A stretch of 40,000 nt of DNA from an uncultured Desulfobacterales bacterium (lineage in GTDB: Bacteria > Desulfobacterota > Desulfobacteria > Desulfobacterales > 4572-123), in contig CALNYM010000011.1 in the NCBI GenBank assembly GCA_942490765.1, positions 36,829 to 76,828 of the forward strand, written 5' to 3'. The position numbers and the translations under genes were made by a program. The notes under the pieces were generated by a model that saw only the letters and a program-made list of their open reading frames with translations, was not told the origin of the DNA and did not search any database. Below are positions 18,914 through 27,564 of this stretch, piece after piece; position 1 is the stretch's first letter, and each line of letters begins with the position of its first letter.

Positions 18914-19690
18914 TTATCGTACCATATAGCCTCCGTCAACAATGAGCACCTGGCCATTCAAATAGTCGGAGGCCCGGCTGGCCAGAAACACGACCGTTCC
19001 CATCAGGTCCTGGCGTTCACCCCAGCGATTGGCGGGGATACGATCGAGGACCCGTTGATTGGTTACCGGATTGCTCCTGGTCCGGGTTGTCATGTCGGTG
19101 GCATAATAGCCCGGTGCAATGCCGTTTACCTGGATATCGTATTGTGCCAGTTCATCGCCGTAGGACTTGGTCAGCCCTGCGAGGCCATGTTTTGTCGCCG
19201 CATAGGCCGGACCGTCCCGTCCTCCCAGGTAAGAATAGAGGCTGCAGATATTGATTATCTTACCGCTTTTCTGGGGGATCATTATCTTGGCCGCTTCATG
19301 ACTCAGCTCGAATGCGGCTGTCAGGTTGACGGCCACCATGGGATCCCAGTCAGCTCGGCCAAATTCCAATACAGGCTTCAACCGGCTGATACCGGCATTG
19401 TTGACCAGAATGTCCAGGCTGCCGAGTTTTTCCAGGCAGGTTTCAATGATCTGCTTCGGTGCGCCGTTCCCCGTGATGTCAATTTCCATCAATTCAACGG
19501 CCACACCCTGTTTTTCAATTAATTGCCGGGTTTCGCCATTATCCGTGACATAACTGGGAATGAAAAGATTGGCGCCGGCTTTTGCCAGGGCAGCTGAAAA
19601 CGCCAGCCCCAATCCTCTGTTGCCGCCTGTCACAATGGCTGTTTTCCCTTTCAGGGAAAAAAAATCCAATGAAAAATCATCTATTTCCAA
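18914..19690 (-). CDS. Short-chain dehydrogenase/reductase (KduD / gluconate-5-dehydrogenase-like)
   Basis: 258 aa with TGGNRGLG cofactor motif and YAATKHG catalytic YxxxK. It has a TTG start with GAGGAG 9 nt upstream. Confidence 0.85.
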   Translation of the reverse strand: MEIDDFSLDFFSLKGKTAIVTGGNRGLGLAFSAALAKAGANLFIPSYVTDNGETRQLIEKQGVAVELMEIDITGNGAPKQIIETCLEKLGSLDILVNNAGISRLKPVLEFGRADWDPMVAVNLTAAFELSHEAAKIMIPQKSGKIINICSLYSYLGGRDGPAYAATKHGLAGLTKSYGDELAQYDIQVNGIAPGYYATDMTTRTRSNPVTNQRVLDRIPANRWGERQDLMGTVVFLASRASDYLNGQVLIVDGGYMVR

Positions 19691-19767
19691 TGGCTTGAAC
19701 TCCTCTTAAAAGGTTTTTAAGGGTAACCGACACGATCATCAGCCCCATCATTATGTCCTGCATGGTG

Positions 19768-19929
19768 TCATACCACGCCCGGATAATCGATCTCTTTAGC
19801 GACGCCTGCATCACTGATCAGGACGACGTTCCTGGATTCCGTTAATGCAGAAATTTCATCTCCCATCTGTTCGACGCGATCAATCCCGAAGGAGATGTTG
19901 CCAACCCCTGGAAAAGTAAATGGAAGCAT
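19768..19929 (-). pseudogene. Remnant of an iron-containing alcohol dehydrogenase (N-terminal 53 codons only)
   Basis: Below the ORF-track size cutoff. Hand translation gives MLPFTFPGVGNISFGIDRVEQMGDEISALTESRNVVLISDAGVAKEIDYPGVV*, which matches the Fe-ADH N-terminal pattern (F.P..I.FG.g....g.e......v.lv.D.gv.k). Full-length family members are much longer, so this is truncated. Confidence 0.45.
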
Positions 19930-20185
19930 CACAATCCTTTCAAAATGAGCAGGCCCGCCTTTGGCGATTATCCATCCGAAAACGAGAACTTTCGTTCAAT
20001 ATCAGGGTGTACACAAGTTTTATCAGAAATAAATAATTGATATTAAACAGCTATTCTTTGATGAACGCGCAAAAAGTATTTGAGATGGCTAAGTAGAAAT
20101 CGTATATGCAAGGCATAGGGATTTACCAGGGGCGAAGGCAACCATATGGCATGTCGAGTCTCTGGAAAATCCCTAAAACGCAGTA

Positions 20186-20210
20186 GATGGCGATTTTTTA
20201 CGACGCCATC
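20186..20210 (-). terminator. Hairpin overlapping the mttB stop codon (weak terminator candidate)
   Basis: Minus strand reads GATGGCG-TCGTAAAAAAT-CGCCATC (7-bp stem) followed by TACTGCGTTTTAGGGATTTT. The T-tract is not immediately adjacent to the stem. Confidence 0.3.
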
Positions 20211-21681
20211 ATTCTTTGATGCCCAGTTCTTTTTCGGCGCCGTCAACAATGTCACGCACTTGTTTGAGGACAGCGTCTGAAAGTTTCGGCGGTTCATATG
20301 TCTCAAGGATGTGACGAACCGCTTCGCCGGCCCGCTCGTATGCGTCTTTTGAACCGTTTTCTTCCCAGCGGAATCTCATCTGCCGGTTCAGCAGCTTCGG
20401 ACTTGTGGTCAGCCGCATGTGCTTGAAGGTGGATTCGTGGGCGAGATAATCCTTGAAAGGGCCGACCTCCTTGATCGTATCGATGGACAGGGTTTCTTCA
20501 TTGACCTCAATGCCGTTTACCGTCCGTTTGATCATACCGGCCACTTCGTTATCCAATACCAGTTGTGCCAGATCGAAAGTGATGCCCATTTCCAGCATTC
20601 CCAAGCCGTAAATTACGTTGCACCCTGACAACGCAGGCAAGATACCGGTGATGGTCTTTTCATGGCCGGACTGGTAGTCAACCACTTTGCTGTCGCCCTA
20701 TCCACCGGCGGCGAAACTGGGCAACCCATAGTAGCGGGCAAGCCGGGCCACCGCCGCATTGATCATGGCCGTCTCAGGGGCACCCACCGTTGCCGTGGCA
20801 TACTTCAGGTCCAGAGGGCAGGTGGAACTGGCATAAATGAACGGCGTCCCTTTTTGAACCAGTTGGCCCAGAACAAGACTTGCCAGATTTTCGCTGTTTT
20901 GCTGTACCAATGTGCCGGCAATGTGGATGGGGGAAGAGCCGCCGGTCATGGCCATGCCGATACAGTTTAACCCAATGCCGTTTCGGGCCGCTTCGATAAT
21001 GATGTCACAATGGTGGGACGACAGCTTCAAGGGGCTGATGGGACAGGTCACAAAGGTCAGAAACGGTCTTTCCCTGAATTTATCCATACCCCCGGCGATG
21101 GCAGCGCACATTTCAAGAATTTTTCCGCACTGATACCGATCCACCGGACCCAGCCAGTGATGCTTGGTCGTATTGGTGAGTGACGCCTCGGCATTATGCA
21201 GTGCCTGCACCCTGGGGTCTTTGTCATGGGAAAGCATGCAGCGTTCATAGGTTTCCACATGTTCCAGAGAATCGATGAGCCGGGCGGCCATCTCGATATC
21301 GGCCTTGGTGGTTTTGCGATGTTCTCCCGTATAAGGATCGACAAACATGATGCCTTCACCAAAATTGGTGAACGTCACCCGGTTGGCTTCCAGAACCACA
21401 TCGCTCTCCGGTATGCGGCCGTAGGCATGAAACGTAGCCGGCGCCGTCCGGATCGACGCTTCCACCAGGTAGGGTGGCAGGGTAACGACTTTTGTTTTTT
21501 CATTCACACTGGCGCCGGCAGCACCGAAGATCTGCCTTGCCTCTTCGCTTTCCACAAAAACACCGGTGCATTTCAGGATTTCAAGGGAACCCAGGTGTAT
21601 TTCATGCACTTCGTCGTCGGTGAGTGTGTTTAGACTGAAGCCGCCGCTGGACAATTTCCCGGATTTGGTTGGTCGCTTCAT
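20209..21681 (-). CDS. mttB: Trimethylamine:corrinoid methyltransferase MttB with an in-frame UAG (pyrrolysine) codon, 490 codons
   Basis: Track ORFs 20698..21681 and 20209..20685 are in the same frame, and only TAG (20700..20698) interrupts it: ...[50 protein letters not shown]... AGGAGG lies 5 nt upstream of ATG 21681. The product has MttB family layout throughout. Confidence 0.85.
20698..20700 (-). other. UAG recoding site (predicted pyrrolysine, codon 328 of mttB copy 1)
   Basis: The plus strand reads CTA, which is TAG on the minus strand, in the context GGT GGA TAG GGC GAC AGC AAA. Confidence 0.8.
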
Positions 21682-21703
21682 TTTTTCCTCCTGTAGAAGT
21701 CAG

Positions 21704-23098
21704 TTAACTATTTTTTTCGATGGCGTTTTTGACGGCGGTTAGTATTTGATCCATCTGTTCTTTAGTGGCGACAAGGGCCGGCGCAAAGAGCATCATGGTG
21801 TTCATACCCGGCAGGCTGGAGTTGGTTCTGCCCACCAGCACGCCCTGGGCGGCCACATCCGCCACCAGTTTACCCATAAACGCTTCGGAAACAGGCGTTT
21901 TGGATGCCTTGTCCGTCACGAACTCCACCCCACAGAAAAGACCTTTGCCGCGGACGTCTCCAACAATGGGAAAATCCAAAAACGCTTTCAGGCCATTGAG
22001 CAGATATTCGCCTACCACCCTGCTGTTTTCCACAAGGTTTTCATCATCAATGATGCGGGCCGTCTCAAGACCCGCGGCCATGGCGCCGGTACACCCGCCA
22101 TAGGTGCTGATATCCCGGAAATAATTCAACCGTTTTTCCGGTGTCCCGGTATCGAGGAACAGGTTAAAAATGTCATCGCTTATGGCGGTAACCGATAATG
22201 GCTCATAGCAACTGGCAACGCCCTTGGCCATGGTCACCATGTCCGGCGTTACATCATAGTGTTCATGGCCCCAGAATTTTCCGGTACGACCGAACCCGCA
22301 GACCACCTCGTCAAAGATCAGGTAGGCCCCATATTTTTTGCAGATCTGCTGGAGTATGGGATAGTATTCCTGGACGGGCACCAGGATGCCGCCGCCAGCG
22401 ACAATGGGTTCCACGATCACCCCCCCCACGGTGTCCGGGCCCTCTTTTAAAATGACATCTTCCAGGGCGCGGGCGCATTCGATGTTACAATCCGGATAGG
22501 TCTTGCCAAAGGCGCACCGGTAGCAAAGCGGGTGGGGAAACTCGGCAAACCCTTCAGCCATGGGTCCGAAATGCGCTTTTCGTTCACTCTGTCCCCCGGC
22601 GCTCAATGCACCGATGGTGGTACCGTGATAGTCCCGGTCACGGTAGATCACCTTGAATTTACCTTTACGGTCATCGTTGATTTTCGCAAGCTGCCGGATG
22701 ACCTTAAAGGCCTTCTCATTGGCTTCGGAACCGGAATTTGAAAAAAATATTTTCTTTTGATGGGGAAGTTTCTCTGCGAGTTTTTTAGCAAATTTAATGG
22801 CGGGGACTGTGCCGACCGCACCGGCGTAGTAGCACAGTTTTGTCAACTGTTCAGCCACCGCCTCGGCAATACTCCTGCGACCGTAACCCACCACCACGCC
22901 CCACACACCACCGGAGACCGCATCAAGATATTCCCGGCCCCGGATATCTTTTACCACAAGGCCGTTGCCTTCCACAATAACCATCTGTTCCTTGTCTGCA
23001 AAGACACTATGGTCCTTGAGATGATGCCATAAAAAATCCTTGTCCGCCGCAACCATCTCTTCCACATCGTAATCAAGCCAGTTTGTTTTCGGATCCAT
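21704..23098 (-). CDS. Class-III PLP-dependent aminotransferase (omega-amino acid / beta-alanine / taurine:pyruvate type)
   Basis: 464 aa with the DEVVCGFGRTGKFW motif and the PLP-lysine context VTMAKGV. The stop lies 22 nt before the mttB start. Confidence 0.85.
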   Translation of the reverse strand: MDPKTNWLDYDVEEMVAADKDFLWHHLKDHSVFADKEQMVIVEGNGLVVKDIRGREYLDAVSGGVWGVVVGYGRRSIAEAVAEQLTKLCYYAGAVGTVPAIKFAKKLAEKLPHQKKIFFSNSGSEANEKAFKVIRQLAKINDDRKGKFKVIYRDRDYHGTTIGALSAGGQSERKAHFGPMAEGFAEFPHPLCYRCAFGKTYPDCNIECARALEDVILKEGPDTVGGVIVEPIVAGGGILVPVQEYYPILQQICKKYGAYLIFDEVVCGFGRTGKFWGHEHYDVTPDMVTMAKGVASCYEPLSVTAISDDIFNLFLDTGTPEKRLNYFRDISTYGGCTGAMAAGLETARIIDDENLVENSRVVGEYLLNGLKAFLDFPIVGDVRGKGLFCGVEFVTDKASKTPVSEAFMGKLVADVAAQGVLVGRTNSSLPGMNTMMLFAPALVATKEQMDQILTAVKNAIEKNS

Positions 23099-23205
23099 AT
23101 TTCAATCTCCTTATTTTAATTCCTATGTTGAGCGATTAGCTTTACAAACAAGGTTTTTGTTCAGACGCAGGCGCATATCGCTTACCCCATGCTTACCTGG
23201 TGTGA

Positions 23206-24780
23206 TTATTTTGCATCCGGCATGGAAGAGATTGTTCCATCCCAGGTATCCACGAGACCGCAGGCTTCCTGGTCTTCGGGAAACCAGGTGGCGGTGACGC
23301 ATTTGGATTCGGTAAAGAAACTGATACCATCTTTGCCCATCACATGCAGATCTCCAAAAAAGGATTGTTTATGACCGGTAAAACCGAAAATACCCAGTGG
23401 TACCGGGATGCCGACATTGACACCCACCATGCCGGCATCGGTCCGTTTGGAAAATTCCCGCGCGTAATGGCCGTTCTGGGTATAAATGACCGAACCGTTG
23501 GCGAAACGGCTGCTGTTCATCAAGGCCAGTCCTTCCTCAAAATTTTGGACCCGTTTGACGCAGAGTACCGGGCCAAAGACTTCCTCCCAGCCGATGGTCA
23601 TTTCCGGTGTCACATGGTCAAAGATGCAGGGCGCCAGATAAAAACCGCCCTCATGACCCGCTACCTTGGGATTACGGCCGTCCACGATCAGTTCGGCGCC
23701 CTCTTCGATTCCTTTTTCGATCCAGTCGGTGATAAACTTCAGATGGCCCGCGTTCAAGATGGGCCCCATGCCGGTGTCCGGGTCATAGGCAGGGCCAAGG
23801 TTCATTTCGGCTACAAATTTTTTCAGCAGCGCAATCAGTTCATCCGCAATGCACTCTTCCACAACGATCACCGGGCAGGCCATACACCGGGCACCGGCAC
23901 AGCCGCAATAGGCATTGATAATACCCCTGGCGGTTCGCTCCAGTTTTGCATCCCGCATGACCAGCGCATGGTTTTTGGCTTCGGTGAGGGCCTGCACGCG
24001 CTTACCGTTGGCAGCGGCGGTGGCATAGATGTGCTTGCCGGTTTTGGTGGACCCCACAAAAGACACCCCGGCAATATCGGGATGGCTAAGGAGAATCTCG
24101 GCCTCATTACGGCCTGCGGTGACCAGATTGAGTACCCCCTCGGGCAGTCCGGCCTCATGCCAGAGTTCCAGGAGTCGCATGGACGTCTGGGGCACAAAAC
24201 TGGCGGCTTTCAGCACCATGGTATTGCCCGTGGCGATACACAGCGGTGCCATCCAGCCATGGGGAATCATGGCGGGGAAATTCCAGGGTGCAATACCGGC
24301 GAAAACGCCGACGGGGTGTCTGTAGAGAACCGTGTCATATCCGGCGGAAGCGTTCATCAGGGATTCTCCCTTCATCAGGTGGGGGGTCCCGCAGGCAAAT
24401 TCGACCACTTCGTTGACTTTCAGCACATCGCCCATGCTTTCCCGCCAGTTTTTACCTTCTTCCTGGCACAAAAGATGGGTCAGTTCTTCCAGATGTTCAT
24501 CCACCAGCGCCTTCATACGATACAACACCTGAACCCGTTTACTGACCGGGGTGTCGGCCCAGGCCGGAAACGCCGCCTTAGCGGAATGAATGGCCGATTC
24601 GACTTCTTCGGATGTGCACTGCGGCGCCATGGCGATCACTTCGCCGGTGGACGGATTATAGCAATCCATGTATTTTGTTGTTTTTGATTCAAGCCACTGC
24701 CCGTTGACGCAGTATTTCAGTTTTTTGACCGAATTTTTTGAAGACGATCCACTCTCCATAAAATATCTTGATTTCTGCAA
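23206..24780 (-). CDS. mmsA: CoA-acylating methylmalonate/malonate-semialdehyde dehydrogenase (ALDH family)
   Basis: 524 aa. It is colinear with MMSDH/IolA-type enzymes as recalled: GIAPWNFPAMIP, GARCMACPV (catalytic Cys), AGMVGVNVGIPVPLGIFGFTGHKQSFFGDLHVMGKDGISFFT. The start is ambiguous between TTG 24780 and ATG 24759. Confidence 0.85.
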   Translation of the reverse strand: MQKSRYFMESGSSSKNSVKKLKYCVNGQWLESKTTKYMDCYNPSTGEVIAMAPQCTSEEVESAIHSAKAAFPAWADTPVSKRVQVLYRMKALVDEHLEELTHLLCQEEGKNWRESMGDVLKVNEVVEFACGTPHLMKGESLMNASAGYDTVLYRHPVGVFAGIAPWNFPAMIPHGWMAPLCIATGNTMVLKAASFVPQTSMRLLELWHEAGLPEGVLNLVTAGRNEAEILLSHPDIAGVSFVGSTKTGKHIYATAAANGKRVQALTEAKNHALVMRDAKLERTARGIINAYCGCAGARCMACPVIVVEECIADELIALLKKFVAEMNLGPAYDPDTGMGPILNAGHLKFITDWIEKGIEEGAELIVDGRNPKVAGHEGGFYLAPCIFDHVTPEMTIGWEEVFGPVLCVKRVQNFEEGLALMNSSRFANGSVIYTQNGHYAREFSKRTDAGMVGVNVGIPVPLGIFGFTGHKQSFFGDLHVMGKDGISFFTESKCVTATWFPEDQEACGLVDTWDGTISSMPDAK

Positions 24781-25121
24781 AATGTTATATCCCCTTTATT
24801 TTTAAGGTTTTTGTTAAATTTTTAGTTGATCTGTACGGAAGAATGTAAAAAACATGTTTGAATTTTTTTTGTCGAAGATATTGTCTGCATCATTAGGCGT
24901 TGTTAACTACGATGTCAAGTAAAAAATAACCTCAAGCTTACTTTTTCAGTTCATTGTTTTTATTTTTTCTACGTTTTTAGCTTTTTTTGTTTGTATTTTT
25001 ATGATAGATAATTTCAATCTGTTCCATAACAGGCATTTTAAACCAACCTGTGCATCGGCTTGAACCATCTCCGCGGTGGGGAAACAGGTCTCTGTTCAAA
25101 CACTAAAAAATGAGGATTTTT

Positions 25122-25634
25122 ATGGAAAACCGAAAATCAAAAAAAAATATCAAACCACCGGATCTGGTTGATTGCGAAATTATTAATTTATTGCAAAAGG
25201 ACGGCAGAATTTCAAATACCGATATTGCAAAAGAAATCGGCATTTCGGAGGGAACCGTTCGTACCCGCTTGAACCGGTTGATTAAAAACGAGGTCATTCA
25301 GATTGTCGCCGTCAGCAACCCCATCAAACTCGGCTTTAATATCGTCGGGCAAATCAGAATTCAGATAGATGTTGGCAAGATGGAGAATATTGTAACAAAA
25401 TTGAAAAAATTAAAAGCCCTGTGGTTTATCGTTCAGACCACCGGGGGAACCACCGGTCTTGAAGCTGAATTTAACGTCAAGTCTCTGGATGAACTCAATA
25501 CATTGATTTTTGAATACATCAACAAGATAGACGGTGTCATCAAAACCGAGGTCTCCCTGATAATGGATTTTATCAAGCGACGATATGATTGGGGCACCGC
25601 CATGGATGAAAAACAGGGATCCACGGACAAATAA
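25122..25634 (+). CDS. AsnC/Lrp-family transcriptional regulator
   Basis: Track ORF 25110..25634. GAGGA lies 5 nt upstream of ATG 25122. HTH motif: ISNTDIAKEIGISEGTVRTRLNRL. It has a C-terminal RAM-like domain and is divergent from the mmsA operon. Confidence 0.85.
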   Translation: MENRKSKKNIKPPDLVDCEIINLLQKDGRISNTDIAKEIGISEGTVRTRLNRLIKNEVIQIVAVSNPIKLGFNIVGQIRIQIDVGKMENIVTKLKKLKALWFIVQTTGGTTGLEAEFNVKSLDELNTLIFEYINKIDGVIKTEVSLIMDFIKRRYDWGTAMDEKQGSTDK

Positions 25635-25780
25635 TTTTAACCGACCACATATCGCGGAGCGTACCTGCTTTTGTTTATAAGCCAACTCTCGGCGAGACAC
25701 CGTGCTATTCTGATAAAACGATGGAATTATCATAATTTCGTTTTTTTTTAGTTTATTTTTATTAAATTTCGTTTTTATCG

Positions 25781-25809
25781 TTGACATATTAACGCTTGTT
25801 CGTTATATC
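25781..25809 (+). promoter_or_regulatory. Sigma-70-like promoter candidate for mtbB
   Basis: TTGACA (25781..25786), 17-nt spacer, then TATATC (25804..25809). It is preceded by about 40 nt of A/T-rich sequence (UP-like). This implies a leader of roughly 300 nt before ATG 26124. Confidence 0.4.
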
Positions 25810-26123
25810 TCGCCGAGCCTTCAGATATTGATTCACATTGAATAACTTTTGTTAATTTACGGTGGTGGCCACTGATGGTACACAATATCATTTCAGCTCA
25901 TAACCCGTAAACGCCGTGTTCCGGGCTTATACCCAAGCCGTCCCTGTCGGGTCGGATTTCTACCGTCTTAATACGGTGCCTAACTTACCTGAACAAAGGT
26001 CTGCAAAGTATGCCTTTCTTTTGCATAACAGATCGATTCCGTCTAATCGGTTACATGTAATCCCTTCTCACGGATTTTCATGTTATGCGAAAAACAAAAA
26101 ACGCTCTTAAAAAGGAGGAAAGC

Positions 26124-27515
26124 ATGGGAAAAATTAAAACCCGAATGGGCGATGGCTTCAAGGTCGAAATGACCGAAAGCGAAGTCCGAAAAGCCCTGGA
26201 AGAAGGGACTCAGGATGCGGCAGAACGCGCCCGGGTCGAACCGCTGACCCCGGACGATTTACAACAGATTTTTGAAATTTTTGCCTGTCCTTATCGAATC
26301 GTTGGTGTTGAGGAAGGCAATGAAGTCGTTCTTACCTACGACAGCCTTAACACCAAAATCAAGCGGGCCCAGATTTCAGCCAGCAAGATCCAGTCCCTGC
26401 AGATTTGTGAAAGGGCCCTGGGGGCAGACACCCTGGAGCTTGCCCATATCGACTATAGCTATAAACCCGTAAAACCGATCATTCCCTTTGAAAAACCGAT
26501 TATGGAGCAGGCTGTCCTGATCACAATCCCGGCATTGCTCTATGGCGCCATGCCCAACCTGGGGCTCTACAGCCAGCCGGACGGTCCATGCCCCAATCCT
26601 GCGGATCTTCTTCCCCATGGGAAAATTGCCGAAGCCAGGGCATCCTATGAAGAGGCTGCCGAATATGCCATAGCCGACATGGTTTATGTGGGCAGTGAGA
26701 TGTACGAAGCCGGCGCAGACGGCATCAATTTTGATACCACGGCAGCAGCCGGGGATGCGGAATTTTATGCAACCCTCAAGGCGGTGGAGATTCTCAGAAA
26801 AAAATATCCCGCCATGGGCATCCAGATGGGTATGGCCGCGGAATTTGTATTGGGAATGCACGGAGAGATTGAATATAACGGGGTCCGTCTGGCCGGGCTC
26901 TACCCCCACCAGCAGGTCAAACTCGCCGAGGAGGCGGGTGTAAACATTTTTGGACCGGCCGTCAATATCGTCACCAACGAATCGTTGCCCTGGAATATTG
27001 CCCGCTCGGTTACCTGGACCAAAGCCTGTACGGATGTTGCCAAGATTCCGGTGCACGCATGTCTGGGTATGGGGGTCGGCGGTGTCCCCCTGGCCCTTAC
27101 GCCACCCATCGATGCCCTTTCACGGGCATCAAAGGCCCATGTCGAGATTTGCAGGCTGGACGGGTTGTAGGTGGGTGTCGGAGACCCGTGCGGGATGCAC
27201 GCTGCACATGCAATAGTATCGGGAATGGGTGGAATACGCACTGCCGGAGATCTGGTAGCGCGTATGCAACTCAATGGCTCGATGAAAATTGATGCAGCAA
27301 AAAAACATGTCGCAGATAAGTTGAACATTTCTGTAGCGGATATTGCGGATCCGGTGGTGATGAACGAACTCCGGGAAGATCTGGATATCGGCCGCGTCAA
27401 TGAGGCCCCCGGTGTGGCCAAGGGTATTGATGCGAAGTTTCGGATCGCCAGGCTTCTGGACATTAACATCAACTCGGTGAACATATTCAAGGAGAAAATA
27501 GAACGCGACATATGA
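26124..27515 (+). CDS. mtbB: Dimethylamine:corrinoid methyltransferase MtbB with an in-frame UAG (pyrrolysine) codon, 463 codons
   Basis: Track ORFs 26085..27170 and 27171..27515 abut in the same frame and are separated only by TAG: ...[47 protein letters not shown]... AAGGAGG lies 6 nt upstream of ATG 26124. MtbB-family blocks are present (DYSYKPVKP, LYGAMPNLGLYSQPDGP, GADGINFDTT, GMHGEIEYNGVRLAGLYPHQQ). Confidence 0.9.
27168..27170 (+). other. UAG recoding site (predicted pyrrolysine, codon 349 of mtbB)
   Basis: Context is GAC GGG TTG TAG GTG GGT GTC GGA GAC. The downstream frame stays open for 115 codons with no RBS of its own. Confidence 0.85.
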
Positions 27516-27564
27516 TCTTACATCACGGGGCGTTCGTATATTGCACCTGAAAATTGTTTAAATG

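Noticed and set aside
20053-20221. 11-nt direct repeat ATTCTTTGATG (20053..20063 and 20211..20221) duplicating the last codons of mttB copy 1; a possible insertion footprint
   Set aside because: By rough estimate, one or two 11-mer repeats at this spacing are expected by chance in a 40-kb window. The enclosed 147 nt has no convincing terminal inverted repeats.
20209-21681. Alternative reading of the three TAG-split methyltransferases as nonsense-mutated pseudogenes or pairs of separate genes
   Set aside because: All three carry exactly one interruption, and in each case it is TAG. In the two MttB paralogs it is at the homologous GG-TAG codon, and the downstream parts stay open, in frame, without their own RBS. 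Independent decay would give varied stops or frameshifts at varied sites. Proof still requires finding pyl genes elsewhere in the genome.
25688-25817. 10-bp inverted repeat CTCGGCGAGA / TCTCGCCGAG bracketing the mtbB promoter
   Set aside because: Ten-base-pair inverted repeats within about 200 nt are expected several times by chance in this window, and there is no supporting second copy or conservation evidence.
25868-25874. GCCACTG (B12-box-like heptamer) in the mtbB leader, suggesting a cobalamin riboswitch
   Set aside because: I could not find the other conserved cobalamin-riboswitch blocks around it, such as the GGGAA / GGTGAAAATCC-type segments and the AGYCMGGAGACCTGCC-like region. A lone heptamer is expected by chance. 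A covariance-model scan would settle it.
25083-26002. Short shared motif ACA(A)AGGTCT near the AsnC gene start (25083..25096), in the mtbB leader (25990..26002) and in element copy B (36521..36534); a possible regulator site
   Set aside because: The matches are only 9-13 nt with an indel. By my estimate many such matches occur by chance in 40 kb. It is worth a motif search but is not reportable as a site.
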